64,000 bases of DNA from Saccostrea cucullata (taxonomy: Eukaryota). Below the pieces are notes generated by a model, which saw only the letters and a list, made by a program, of their open reading frames with translations, was not told the DNA's origin and made no database searches. The position numbers and the translations under genes are program-made. This document shows, in pieces, positions 1 to 11,952 of this stretch (position 1 is its first letter; each line of letters opens with the position of its first letter). The stretch is taken from the NCBI RefSeq assembly GCF_032062105.1, contig NW_026938294.1:1-64000 (forward strand). Direction: 5' to 3'.

Positions 1-112
1 TAAGGCACAGAAGAAGAAGAAGTAAATTGATGTATTTTTTCACTTGAATAAAATTGCTGTGTTCTTGTTTCTATTGTGTGTTATTTGTTAATGTTTTGAG
101 GAAATCCAGTTT

Positions 113-221
113 GAAAGATGATGCAATAGGTATCAAAAAAGATGATGCAATAGATATAAAAAGATGATGCAACGAGTCTAAAAAAGATGATGCAACAGAT
201 ATAAAAAGATGATGCAACATA
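113..221. repeat. Tandem repeat, about 22-23 bp unit (AAAAGATGATGCAAYAGATAT), about 5 copies
   Basis: Directly visible repetition of aaagatgatgcaa. Confidence 0.9.
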
Positions 222-227
222 TGTACT

Positions 228-415
228 GAATTGACCCACTTATCCCCTCCAGGGGCTGCACTCCGTTGAACCCCCTATCCCCTCCAGGGGCTGCACTCCC
301 TGACCCGCCTATCCCCCACAGGGGCTGCACTCCCTTGACCCACCTATCCCCCAGGGGCTGCACTCAGTTGACCCACCTATCCCCCTCAGCCCAAAAGTGC
401 ACTCAGTTGACCCAG
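228..415. repeat. GC-rich tandem repeat, about 30-32 bp unit (TGACCCACCTATCCCCTCCAGGGGCTGCACTCNNT), about 6 copies
   Basis: Directly visible head-to-tail units with no unique spacers. Confidence 0.9.
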
Positions 416-2325
416 CCGGCCAGACCCTTATACTACTGAAGTCCTCTAGCAACTACAATGCAAAGTCATTAACTTAAAGATCCCACTAGCATTTTTTGTT
501 TTATTTTTTTTTCTTTTTGGCATATATGTTCGAAGTTACAAGATTTAATTTTGCTAACCTCATCAGGAAGTTTTGTACTTCCGGAACGTTTGGAATACCA
601 TGGTAACAGAGTACCATGATAAACTTCGTTGCAGCTCAGATTATGTCCCTTGGATACAGCGATGTCGCCATGATTAATTCCTTGGGGATAATTTTGGGCC
701 AGTTCTTGAGATAGCCCAGGTCCCGCTGCCGAACCTATTGCAGCAGATGTTCCTGACGTCATGGCCACATCATGGGCAATGCTGTTAACAATGACGTTCA
801 CCTATTTCAAAAAATATATCTTTGAAATTTTGAGACTCGATATTCAAATTTTAGCACATTTCTATATTGTGATATTAAGTTTAAATCTAAGAATTTCAAT
901 ATTTATTATTATCAGTAAAATTATGTCCAGATCTATAAATAAAAATTGATCAAAGAAAAATATGACGAAATTCACCTTTTGTTCGACAAGACTCCCAACT
1001 AGAACAGTGACAGGAATACCCCAACCTGACCAGAACAAGACTGTCGGGTCACAGTAATCGTGGCTTAAATGATACGAAACACTCATACTTTTAAGGCTTA
1101 TAACTTATGCAGAATGATTTTCCACAGATATAAACACTTAAATTACTTAAAAATATGTATAACGCCTATGTAAATCAGATTTATTATCAAAATAAGGGGG
1201 AATGGTTTTCTATATTTTGGACTCTTTTTAAATGCAGGTAAAAAAACTTTATTTGTGTTTTTATATCTTAATATTTAATTAGTAGCTAATGTTGTGACAT
1301 GACCCGGCGAGTTTTCCTTTGAAGTCAAGCATACTGTAACTGCGATACAGAACACTTTTTGTGGGCGTTTCTTATGCAAATGAGCAGAAACTGTACTGTA
1401 TCTGCAAAATATCAACGATAAAGTACGGTTTATTTTTAACGATGACGGAAAGCTGTATCCGTATACAGACACAACAATCGTTCAATTCGCCATAGAACTC
1501 TTAGTATTTACTCAAAAACTGAGGTGAATTAAAAATAAAATTTTACAACGTAAAGGTATTATCGGATTCAACATTTTAAAAAGGAGTGGGGCAGTTAACA
1601 AATTATTACCCCCCCCCCCCCCCCCCCCCAAAAAAAAAGCGGAAAATCGTATTCCATGGGGGTAGACTTATAATCAACCAACACCTATGTGCGTCAATTC
1701 GTTACTTGTTGTTGAAATAAAAACCGTATGTATACAAGTTTAGAAAAAAAAATTTAAGAAAGCGAAAAAGAAAAAAAACTCAAATTTGGGATGGGGGCAG
1801 CAGTGAGTGCTGTATCCCCGTTTGGTTACTCTACATTTTAATGAAAAGTGAAGATAAAATACCCCCCCTCCCCTTTTCCTCCCTGCTTATTTCAATTTTG
1901 TATATGACGACCGGTGGAGGACATTGTCGGACATTTCTCTCAGAATCTACGATCTCCCGAAGCATTTTTGTTTCAAAAATATTCCCACATGATTCTCATA
2001 TATCAAAATGTTTTGCATTAAATCGTAGCTTAAACTAATAAAAAAATGTCAGCGAGAGCTGCATAGAGAAAAAAAACCTGCGCAATCAAATCCAAATAAA
2101 ATTTATGGAAAACAAATTAATTTATGCATCCCTTAAATAATTTTAAAATGATATATACCTGCACGTCCATCTCACTCGGCATTTCAGTTGAGAATGCTTA
2201 AAATGGGATACTAAATCAACTTTCTGCAAAATCATCTGATTGGTTGGGAGATATACACCCAAATACGCATGTAAATTAGTGAGGTCCTTGGAAAGGTCAT
2301 GTCACAAGTCATTTAGAATACTCGT

Positions 2326-2415
2326 TTCTTACTGTATCAGAGATACAGGACGGGGCTCGGCTCGAGCTATCGCTCTCGCCTCAAGCCCCGTCCTGTATCT
2401 CTGATACAGTAAGAA
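2326..2415. repeat. Hairpin/foldback with 32-bp perfect arms (non-autonomous DNA element core)
   Basis: ttcttactgtatcagagatacaggacggggct ... agccccgtcctgtatctctgatacagtaagaa. Confidence 0.85.
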
Positions 2416-3324
2416 CTGGTACCTGTCTAAATAATACATGTCAATTTGAATATTTTTAATATCCCAAAGAATCAAAATGAATTTTTAAATAGCCACTGCA
2501 CTCTCCAGCTATGAACATGTAGTCATCAATTGCATTCATAGCACTATAGACGCAAATGCTTCCACTAGGAGTGCAATTGCTCTATCACATTCGTGTAGAA
2601 CAATCTCTACTAGATTTGGTACTAGTGTTGGGAAGTATATATACGAACTGTTTCATAAGAGGAATAAAAATAAGTTTTTAACAATATTCTTTGAAAAAAA
2701 AAGGAAATTCAGAATACTTAAAATTGCTGAATTATATCTTTAAAAATTCAATTTTGGTCAATGTATTTAATTGTATAATAAAACTTTTTAAAAATTGTAG
2801 AGAACTGTCATATTTTTATTTTTTGTATCATGCATATTTGAACAAAGAACGATAACTCTTCACACTTGGGTAAATAACATTCAGAAAGAAAAAAATTCTC
2901 TAGCTAGTATATCTTTTTCAAGAATGATTTCAGCTATTAAAAAATAAATAGAAGAACTAAAAAAAAATTATAGAAAAGCATTCTGGAGTAATAACCATTA
3001 TAAAAACATTCTCATTTTTCATCATAGTGTTAAATTATTGATTTTCGTCAGAGGGTTTTAATAATGTTGATCGATGACGTCACAACTGCAACAAAACAAA
3101 AATGTGATGACGGCGCTGCTAAAATGTATCCAGATAACTGTGTTTGAGAGGGAAATACTTTAACTTTATAAATATGTTTGTGATTTATTAGAGAAAAGGA
3201 GCATTAATCAGGTTTACTGATTTTAAAGCCGTATGTTTTTCTTTACTGAAGACAAGAAGCTGCGTCCTTATGTAAGTCAGGATTTCCTCTGATATTCTTG
3301 AAAAAAAAAATCAAAGAATGCAAA

Positions 3325-3490
3325 TATAAGTAATAAACAACGATTATTCAGTGAACATGGCATTATGAATAGCAATAGCTCTGCTGGCATATTTTCCATG
3401 ATGCGCTAGCGCGCATCATGGAATATGCCAGCAGAGCAATTGTTATTCATAACGCCATGTTCACTAAATAACATTATTTTATTTCTTAAT
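3325..3490. mobile_element. Foldback/palindromic MITE-like element
   Basis: Near-perfect palindrome of about 165 bp centred on catgatgcgctagcgcgcatcatg. Confidence 0.75.
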
Positions 3491-3509
3491 TAGATTCAGA
3501 AACTTCAAA

Positions 3510-4660
3510 AAAAGATACATAGCAGGTTCCAGTCAATATTCAACCAAGCCTCTTTCATTACGCCTCACTAAGATATAAACGGTAGTAAATCAGAAACAAG
3601 AGTACTGTGCAACAATATATTTAAAAAGTGGTGTAAATCAGATATGGATACATATGTATTCCATAGAACTTTTGGACAATTTGAAATCACAAGTTTTACC
3701 TAAATCAACAGCTTAAAAAAGTACGACTTTTCAATTTTATACACAACCTTCCCCACGATAAATTAAAGATCAGCCTTTTTAATATCATTGACAGCTGCTT
3801 TTTCAATACAAATGGAACAATGTGTAGGTTGTTTTTGGGGACCAGGTCTTCCAACAGTCTATTGGAATTCCCATGTGTGCCAATTGCGCCCTATTATTAG
3901 CAGACCTATTTTTGTGCTCATATGAAGTAGAATTTGTGCAAAAGCTTATGCGTAAAAAAGAGAAAACACTTGCCGTGGCCTTCAACTCGACATTTAGATA
4001 TATCAACGACGTTTTGTTAATTAACAATGGTAATTTTTCATTCTTATGTCAATACGATATATCCTGTTGAGTTTGAGATAAAAGATACCACAGAATCTGA
4101 CACATCTGTTTCATATTTGGATATTTTACTTCAAAAATACATCAATAGTAATCTAACAACCAAGCATTATGATAAACGTGATGACTTTAACTTTTCTATC
4201 GTCAACTTCCCTTACTCATGCAGTAAGGGTATTGACGTTTATTGAGTTTATATATCTCAGCTGATTCGATAGGCAAAGGCATGCTCTACGAATGAACAAC
4301 TTGATGAAACAATAATTTCAGCAGTCTCGTTTAAAGTAATCATTTAGTAAGTTCTATGGTCGATAAAATGATCTCATCAGCAAATACAATTTATCATTGA
4401 GTCAAAAGCTGACTGACGTTTTTCAAAATAATTGTTAGTCCATTATTTATACACTGCATTGGCGACGGTTTTGCCGTTATTTCCCGATCACGACAAGGAG
4501 CACACGGCGGGTGTGACCGGTCGGCAGGGGATGCTTATTCCTCCATGGCACCTATTCCCACCTTTGATGTTTTGGAGGTCCTTGTTTGCTCTGCTCCTTT
4601 TTTGTTTTGTTTTATGGACTTCTGATCTTGAATACTGTTCTTTACCTCCATATCTTTCAT
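3510..4660 (+). mobile_element. Degenerate Penelope-like retroelement (RT and thumb fragment plus 3' region)
   Basis: Frameshifted ORFs with PMxxNCAxLLADLFL, FRYINDVL (YxDD region) and YDKRDDFNFSIVNFP; conserved 3' block gggtgtgaccggtcggcagggg...cccacc. Confidence 0.8.
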
Positions 4661-5924
4661 TTGGTATCTTGTGCTATTCTAGATTTTTTTGGTGACTTTG
4701 CTGGTGTAAGAAAATGTAATTAATTTCCACATAATCATTGTTATGTGTGATCATTATATATAAGAAAGCTAGTTTAACAATTGGAAGAATATTTAAAAAA
4801 AAACAAAACAAATAGTTATGACTTCCAAAAATACATTTTTTATATTATCAACGTATTTTTAACTCCAAGAAGATATCAAATTACAGTCAATCATTTGCAA
4901 AGAACATTCTTAATCTGACAGTTAATTATTTTTCTCTCAGCAGAATTGATACTTCTTTATCTTAAAAAAATAAAAACGAAATGGGGTGTCACAACTCACA
5001 TTTTGAACACTGGACCAGTCATGGCTTCCCTTATACACCACAATACTAATTTCCCTGATATTCATACGAGAATGTTTCGTAGTAAAATCTCGTATTGCTT
5101 TGACCATCAGTTTTGCTGTTTGATCACTAGGATAATGTAAAAACCCAACTCCAAGAGTTGGAAAAGCAATGGATCTTGTAAAATAGTTGTTTGCTGTTTC
5201 CAGACATTTCTTCATGAATTTCTCTAACGTCTAAAAATACCAAAATATATACCATGATTATCAATCGAATCTAAACAATTTACCAAAGAAAACAGGTGTG
5301 TAATACAATTAAAATTTTAAATGCATTTATCGTCATGTTTAAATTATAATATATTAAAAAATGATCATAATATTAAAATTACTGATAATGGATCAGGTTG
5401 ACTAGTTCCCCATTTTGGCAGGGCTCCGTGGTACACAAATTTGCATGGAAGCTGATAACCTCCACTGACAGAAATGTCTCCGTATTCAACACCATTGGAA
5501 TAATTCTGGTTTAGCTCATCTTGCATTTTTCTACCAGCAACTTTCAACAAAGCTTCAGATAACCCGCTATTGCTGAGTTGTAAGTTTTTTGGTCCACTAC
5601 TCACTAACACATCTGCCTGTATCATTAAACAGGTAATTTCTTTCAAATTTGGTATTTGTACATTAAAGTTCGAGAGCATTGAGGTCATACGTCGGAACCG
5701 GGGGGGGGGGGGGCCCCACTTTTTTTGCAAATCTATATATTATATAGGCATTGAACATTGGTGTTTACCTTTTTGTTGGTTTAGCCCCCTTTTCAATTAC
5801 CCCCCCCCATTTCAATTTGCTTCCAACGCCTATGGAGGTGGATCTAATTCAGGTTTTGGGTCATTTGTTTAAGTTTGTTTTGAACTAAAGAGTTTTCGGA
5901 TTGTCTATATGTTTACAAATATTA

Positions 5925-6800
5925 ACAATGATTTTTGAATCAATGCGAATCAATATGACTTGGAGTTCCTGAGGAAAAGAAAAGATTTTTGAGAAAATTA
6001 AATCTATTCATCGTGATCTCATCCTACTCCATCCTAACAATGATTTGAAAGGAATTTAATTTACACTTCCTTAGGATGTTTCCATTTCAATATGACTAAA
6101 AATGGCTTTGCTGTTCTTGTGACAAAGATTTTTGAAGATTTCTCCGATAAATTTCTTTGTAAAAATTTGATCCTCCAATGTCGCCTCACCAAACCCTCGG
6201 GACCATGATATGAACAATCTTTAGAGGAATTTTTTTAAAAACTTTTTCCCTAAACATTTCCAATAAAAGTTAAATCCTCCATTTTTGGCCCACCCTACTT
6301 AAGGGGTCATGATTTGAACAGGCTTGGATCCACACTACCTGCGGATGTTTCAGTATTGATATGACTTATCATGGGTTTGTTGTTCCTGAGAAGACTTTTC
6401 TTACATTCCCTTCTTTCAATTGGATCCCCTTTTGTCACCCCAATCTACCCGCGGGAGACATGATTTTAAAAGAATTTTAATTAACATTATGAAAGGTTTC
6501 ATATACAACCATGTAAGTGTCAACTTTCAACAAGTTTTTAACATTAGTTCAGGAGATAAAAAAAATAAAGATGCCATTTAATTTTAACTTATTTTAAATT
6601 ATCTACTCTTAAAAAAACAGAATATGACCAAAAAACGTTTCATGGCTTTGGTTGAAACTGACCCAATGGTTCTGGAGAAGTCTAAAATGTAAAAGTTTAC
6701 AGACGGACGGACAGACAGGTAGACGGACAGAGACATACATACGAGGAGAAAACTGATAGAGTCCATTACTGTTTTGCCAATAGGGGACAAATAAGCTCGA
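5925..6800 (-). mobile_element. Helentron/HINE-type non-autonomous element with degenerate satellite-like core and (ACRG)n microsatellite
   Basis: Repeated atgatttgaa...acact(a/t)cct...ggatg units and acagacggacggacagacag at about 6700. A paralogous copy at about 13940-15740 is split by an RT insertion. Confidence 0.55.
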
Positions 6801-7046
6801 AAATTTACCTGTTGCTTACAAAGATTCCCTGTCCTAAGGAGGACTCTAATATTGCCGATATTAAAAGATTTGCAATCACCGTCTGTAGTCATTGTCACGA
6901 TGCCTTTGGAAACTTTCTGTTGATCACTGAAAACTGAAGATTTTATTTTAATAATTCAAGTACTTTTGATAAGCCATGTTTGAAATTTTTATTAACCAGG
7001 AAGCAGAAGATTTGATAAATTCAAAGTCTTAAATGTTATCACTTAC

Positions 7047-7160
7047 ATTGTATCCAAACTGACAAAAAAAAGTGTTTCTGAGAAATCTAAATAAAAATGT
7101 GTGAAATTGCCAAAAACATTTTACATACTAGTACTTCCAAGATACAGTATACTTTCAGAT
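7047..7160 (-). promoter_or_regulatory. Putative non-coding first exon/promoter of copy A with a STAT (GAS)-like site
   Basis: Donor GTAAGT at 7041-7046; TTCTGAGAA at 7076-7084, also present in copy B at 16020-16028. Confidence 0.4.
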
Positions 7161-7469
7161 AACAAAAGGCATGTCATGTGAAGTTTATCTTCCTTGTTAG
7201 CGAAAAAATGTAAGCAAAAACAAGTTTGTGACTTAACTTGACTATATAATTTTCTTTTTATTTACCTTTTATGTAATGTGATGTGCAAGAGAAGAATATT
7301 TTATCTGACATGAATATATATCTATGAAGGTATCTAAGAATTGTCTTTAAAAGGAAATTTGTTTTGTTAATCTACAAGTAACCACCAACAGATGGAATGA
7401 GAAAAATGCTGTCATAAGGAAATAAGCGATTGATGAGAAACTGCAATAAATATAAGACACGTTACAGTA

Positions 7470-7900
7470 TATATTCCATCTTTTCGTCAACTTTCCTGAT
7501 TTATGAAGCAATATCACTCTATCACCTGCATATGGTGTTTACATATCTGAACTTATTCGATACGCGAGAAAATGTTCCGAGTTCGATCAGTTTTTAAAGC
7601 AAGATAGGATACTGACAGATAAGTTGATGTCACATGAACTTCAACAACCCCGTTTAAATCTTCATGGTCGTAATAATGACCTTGTGAGCAAATATTACCT
7701 TTCATTAGGCCGTATTTTGGCTGACCTATTCATATTGATTGTTAGGCCTTTGTTTTTATTTTGAATTGACTATAAAATATCATGTCTTTTTGATGAATAC
7801 AAAGGGATCACGATCGATGTGACCATCGGCAGGGGATACTTACTCCTTCTAGCTAGCAACTTGATCCCACCTGTTAAATTTCTAGGGGTCCTTGTTTGAA
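7470..7900 (+). mobile_element. Penelope-like retroelement 3' remnant
   Basis: Decayed SPAYGVYISELIRY-like sequence and the conserved 3' block; duplicated at about 17020-17410. Confidence 0.7.
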
Positions 7901-8821
7901 ATCAATTGGGACAGATTGACGACAGTCAAAGATACATTTTATCAAAAAGACAGACATATTGAAAGGAGACTTATAGTTGGTTTCACCTGTAGAGATCACT
8001 CGTTATGAGTTTGATATTCAAGTTTTAAGATGATTGCAGAACATTTTAGCAATGACGTTGCATGCCCTTATAAAATAACATGAATATACAAATATAACGA
8101 ATAAACATCTTTTTAAAACAAACCCACTGTTTTTTCTGATATTTAGTAATGGGGAAATAGTAATCGAACTATAAATCGGCAATCCATTAACCTCGCGATT
8201 TTTTTTTTGGGGGGGGGGGGGATTTATATCTTGACGCACAAGACTATAAGTACATTTAAAGGATATATACCATAAACAATTTTCTTATCTCCTACACAGA
8301 AGAGTCCGAATGGTATTTTTTTCAGTTTTCCTTTCAATGAAAATGTAATGAAGAAATTTGAATTATGTAAAATTTACACTCTTGAAAATACCTCATACCC
8401 CCATAAATTTTGCAGTTGAAAAACTTCATACATCTCTAAAACATTTTGAAAATGTTTCACTTGTGTATTCCTCATGACAAGACCTTCCATTAGGCAACAT
8501 CAATGTTGACCCTTTGACTTTGACCCTGGAGGTTTAACTCCTTTTGAAATACATAAACTTGGCCGTAATGTTTCAACGATTGGTGTAAGAGTTCACCTAT
8601 ATCAGGTGTTTTCCTTGTGACAATACATTTCTTTGGGTACCATTATTTTCGTTCTCTTGAATTTGAACTTGAAGTTTGTCTTGCATTTGAGAAACTTTCA
8701 CCTGTACCCATGAGCTGCCATAATTAGAGATTCACAAAAATGCTTAAATCTTGTTTTCTGTCTTATCTGCTGAAGTTTTCAAACTTCCTGTTTCTTCTTG
8801 CAAAACATTGTATTGAAATTA

Positions 8822-9885
8822 CGAGGGCTGTTCGGAAATTATTGAGACAATTACATTTACTTTACAATGGACGGAGATAATTTTATGAAAATTCATCAAC
8901 ATTTTATAAAGAACGACTAAAGAGCTAATGCAAAATTTCAAATTCCTATGATAATTAGATAAGTTTCAGTGAAGTAATAAATATGCATATGTCTATCGAC
9001 CCGGAGCAGCATCGCTACGTCAATTAGCGTTACGTTAGCCGTAGATTGTTTCGCTTGTGAAACGATCGGAAAGCGTTTAGTACTCTTCCTTTTTTGTTAT
9101 TATATATAACATTACAAACATCAAACAGTCTCTTTTCTTAAACTATTCTTTAAAAATGTATGCTGTTGCTACCCCATACCCAAGTGAAAAATGTTCATTT
9201 GTGGGAAAGGATGACTAAGAATCATGCAGTGCCGATTTATGCAACGCGGGTTTAATACCATAACGATATCAATACTGTACGTAATAACTCATGGTCGTTC
9301 AGATCTTTTAATTTAACTCTGGTTAAAATTATTGTAAAAAAAATGTATACCACTGAAAAAACAAACCCTAACACATTTTTTCTCGTTGTTATTGTTTTAG
9401 CAGGTCGTTCAGTTTTAAAAAGAGTTCTACATTGCGCTACACAAAATTTTAGGTATTCTGGCTGCTCCGCCCTTGAGTCGTCAAAATCTATTTTCTCGTC
9501 GTTAGCAGATTTCTCTACCGCGCTTAATTTTTTTATGATCTCCGTATTTCTGATCAAAATTCTATCAAAGTTGCACAACATGAATTTGAAACAAAGCTGA
9601 AAAATTATACACTTAAACTTAATTATATTCGCTCTCCTTATGGATCCACGAAGAGTTAGAATTTTGGTGTTACATATTTTTAATATCTGATTCCGCGACT
9701 GCTCCGGGTACCCCTACTATAGACACATTTATATAACATTGTAGAGAAAATATTTGATATTTGTAAAATATTTCTTGCTCATATAAATTTAGTGTATGTC
9801 AAACGTATAAGCAAATTTTCACCGAAAGGCGTTCATTAGAAAGCAAAATATACACAATGTCTCAATAATTTCCGAACAGCCCTCG
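8822..9885. mobile_element. Tc1/mariner-type MITE
   Basis: 28-bp TIR CGAGGGCTGTTCGGAAATTATTGAGACA at both ends, flanked by TA target duplications. Confidence 0.9.
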
Positions 9886-11745
9886 TATTGCACTCGTTAG
9901 AAATTCAAATACTGTAGATTGGCAAATATTAACGATGGTTTTAATTTCGCTATGTTCGCGATTTGTTAATTTTCCGCGAAATTAAACCCATCGTAAATTT
10001 TATTATTATTATTTTAAAGCGTTTAAATCCTTATGCGAAATTTTGAATTAATTTCTTGCAGCGTAAAATTAAAACCTAGTATGTCTTTATTTAGCATAAT
10101 ATATTCTCTGCGAACTTACATTGTGTCCCAACTAGAAAAATAATCCATAATACATATATGTTTATTTTCATTGCAGACATAATTCATAGCTTAAAAAGTT
10201 GATAAAACAATTGGTACAAAGTCAATAAAACATATTTTTAAACTTTAAATTAGCAAAACATTAACGGCAAATTCTTTGGAACAATTGTAATTTATTGAGA
10301 AACGTGTCAACTGACCCTTTATTATACACATCAGCCATGAATTATGAAATGTACCGGTAATAAAACAGAAGCCAGCCTCCTCTAACAAGTGTACTAAATA
10401 AGATATTCAGGATAGGACTGATTTCTATCATAAACAACAAACTCTCGATCTGAAAAGGCTCCACCATTTGCCACTACACTGAATTTCATGGTGAGTGGCA
10501 CATACAGGGTTCGTACAGATTTTGCATGGTGGCCTCTTATAATTTCCACCTGAACTGGTCAGATAAATGTCACCAAGACTCATTCTCACCAGAAACATTG
10601 GATAACGGTTTTGACTGTCACATTCTAAATAAAAGAAACGGAAATATTAAGAAAGATTTGTAAAATCAATATTGATAGTGGTTCAACTGTTTTATTTTTT
10701 TTTCTGTTATTTTGGATTTATCGAAAAATTGAATGCATTTAATATTCTTTTAGGCACATATTTTGGCCTTTTTTGTTATAATTATGTATGTATTTTTTCG
10801 TAATCCTTTGCATTTAGAGTCTAGATACCTAGAAATTATAAAACCTTTCGAGTAGTTACTCAGTGCTCAAATTCATACTACTTTATCTAGAACCTTATTT
10901 ATACACAAAAGAATCTTTAAATACAAATAAGGCAGCGATTTTGAGCCTACGTATGATTTTGTAGTATGGTGTACGTATTCATCAAGTTTGAGAATTTCCC
11001 AAAAGACCATTGAGTGTTTGGGGATTACCTGAATATTGATGTGACTTGGAGGCTACTTCAGCTCCATACACTCCCGTCCCCAGTCTCCCGTTCTCTGTAA
11101 GACAGCTATCCAGTCCTTGACTACAAATGACGTCAACATCAGGAGACTTCGTGGCATGGAAAAAATAGTACTCATTTATTTCGGAATGAGTATGTGTTGT
11201 CATGGAGGTATTCAATGAACCCATTACTTTTACGGGCCCACTTGACTGTGGAATTTTATCCAGTGGGGTGAAATTTCCCTCTACGATTGCTTTTCGGAAT
11301 AGCCTCTGGCATTCTTCTCCATACTTCAGAAACAATTCGACATTTTCTAATCTCTGAATGCTGACAATACGGACATTTCCTAAAGTTTTTTTAAACGCAT
11401 TTTCAATGGATCCATGAGTGATTTGGTCAATATTTTCTAAATGGAACTTTCCTGATTTTACTTTCTGATTCCACCCCTTGAGTGTTATGTCGGAGGTATA
11501 TTTGGTCCAGTAGGGTGGAGATCTGAGCGCTTCTTCATATTTATAATCAAGGTAAGCTTTTGTGCCTCGTTGTGGAACTGATTGTAAGTTTTTAGATCTG
11601 TTTGGGACTGAAGCGACTAAAAAAGTTTTATTTTTAATAACACATACACAAATGATTTAAATTACGTAATACTCATCGGTAAATAAAATTCAAAATAAGA
11701 AGAATTGCTGATTTTTATTTTTTTAAAATAATTTTGGCCAGTATA

Positions 11746-11952
11746 CTGTAAAAGTACTTTTTTCCGCGTGGTATTAATTTACGCTATGTACGCGGTCACA
11801 ACTTTTCCGCGGAAATTTGTCCAAGCGTACTTAATATAAATGTAAGGCATATAGTGACAATCTAGAAAATCCGCGTAATTTTCTACCCGCGGATTAAACA
11901 GAAATTGTTATTCCGCGGAATTATGACCCCGTGGAAAAAAGTACGTCTACAG
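11746..11952. mobile_element. TA-flanked MITE (CTGTA... termini)
   Basis: TIR ctgtaaaagtacttttttccgcg / cgtggaaaaaagtacgtctacag with TA flanks; related elements at about 9912 and 52608-52788. Confidence 0.75.

Larger units (their letters stand above)
1..437 (-). mobile_element. Terminus of a large insertion, possibly a Polinton/Maverick-like terminal inverted repeat, interrupting a macro-PARP exon
   Basis: The copy A exon reads TTG CTA GAG GAC TTC (LLEDF; VLEDF in copy C) and then switches abruptly at 437 to 5'-AGTAGTATAAGGG on the minus strand, followed by subterminal tandem repeats. (AGT)n termini are characteristic of Polintons. The other end lies outside the window. Confidence 0.5.
438..6892 (-). 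pseudogene. Macro-PARP copy A (chimeric Macro1/2 plus Macro3), disrupted
   Basis: Exons 6892-6809 (MTTDGDCKSF...GNLCKQQ), 5616-5383, 5230-5000, 1063-976 (88 nt vs 89 in copy C, a 1-nt loss in a C-run), 801-559 and 452-438 (truncated by an insertion). The linker exon seen in B and C was not found; a retroelement occupies that position. GT-AG boundaries match copy C. Confidence 0.85.

Noticed and set aside
113-415. Short repeats resembling a CRISPR array
   Set aside because: Units are head-to-tail with no unique spacers, there are no cas genes, and the context is eukaryotic.
2159-2196. 38-nt AG...GT segment that would restore frame across copy A's 1-nt deletion
   Set aside because: No similarity to the linker exons of B, C or D, and copy A is broken downstream by the insertion at 437 anyway; treated as coincidence without cDNA support.
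6922-6938. GAAAACTGAA IRF-like motif (also about 15866)
   Set aside because: Fully explained as the polypyrimidine tract and acceptor (cttcagttttcag) of the first coding exon on the minus strand.
9252-9600. ORFs inside the mariner-type MITE as a transposase
   Set aside because: Short, with no recognisable DDE/D or HTH motif.
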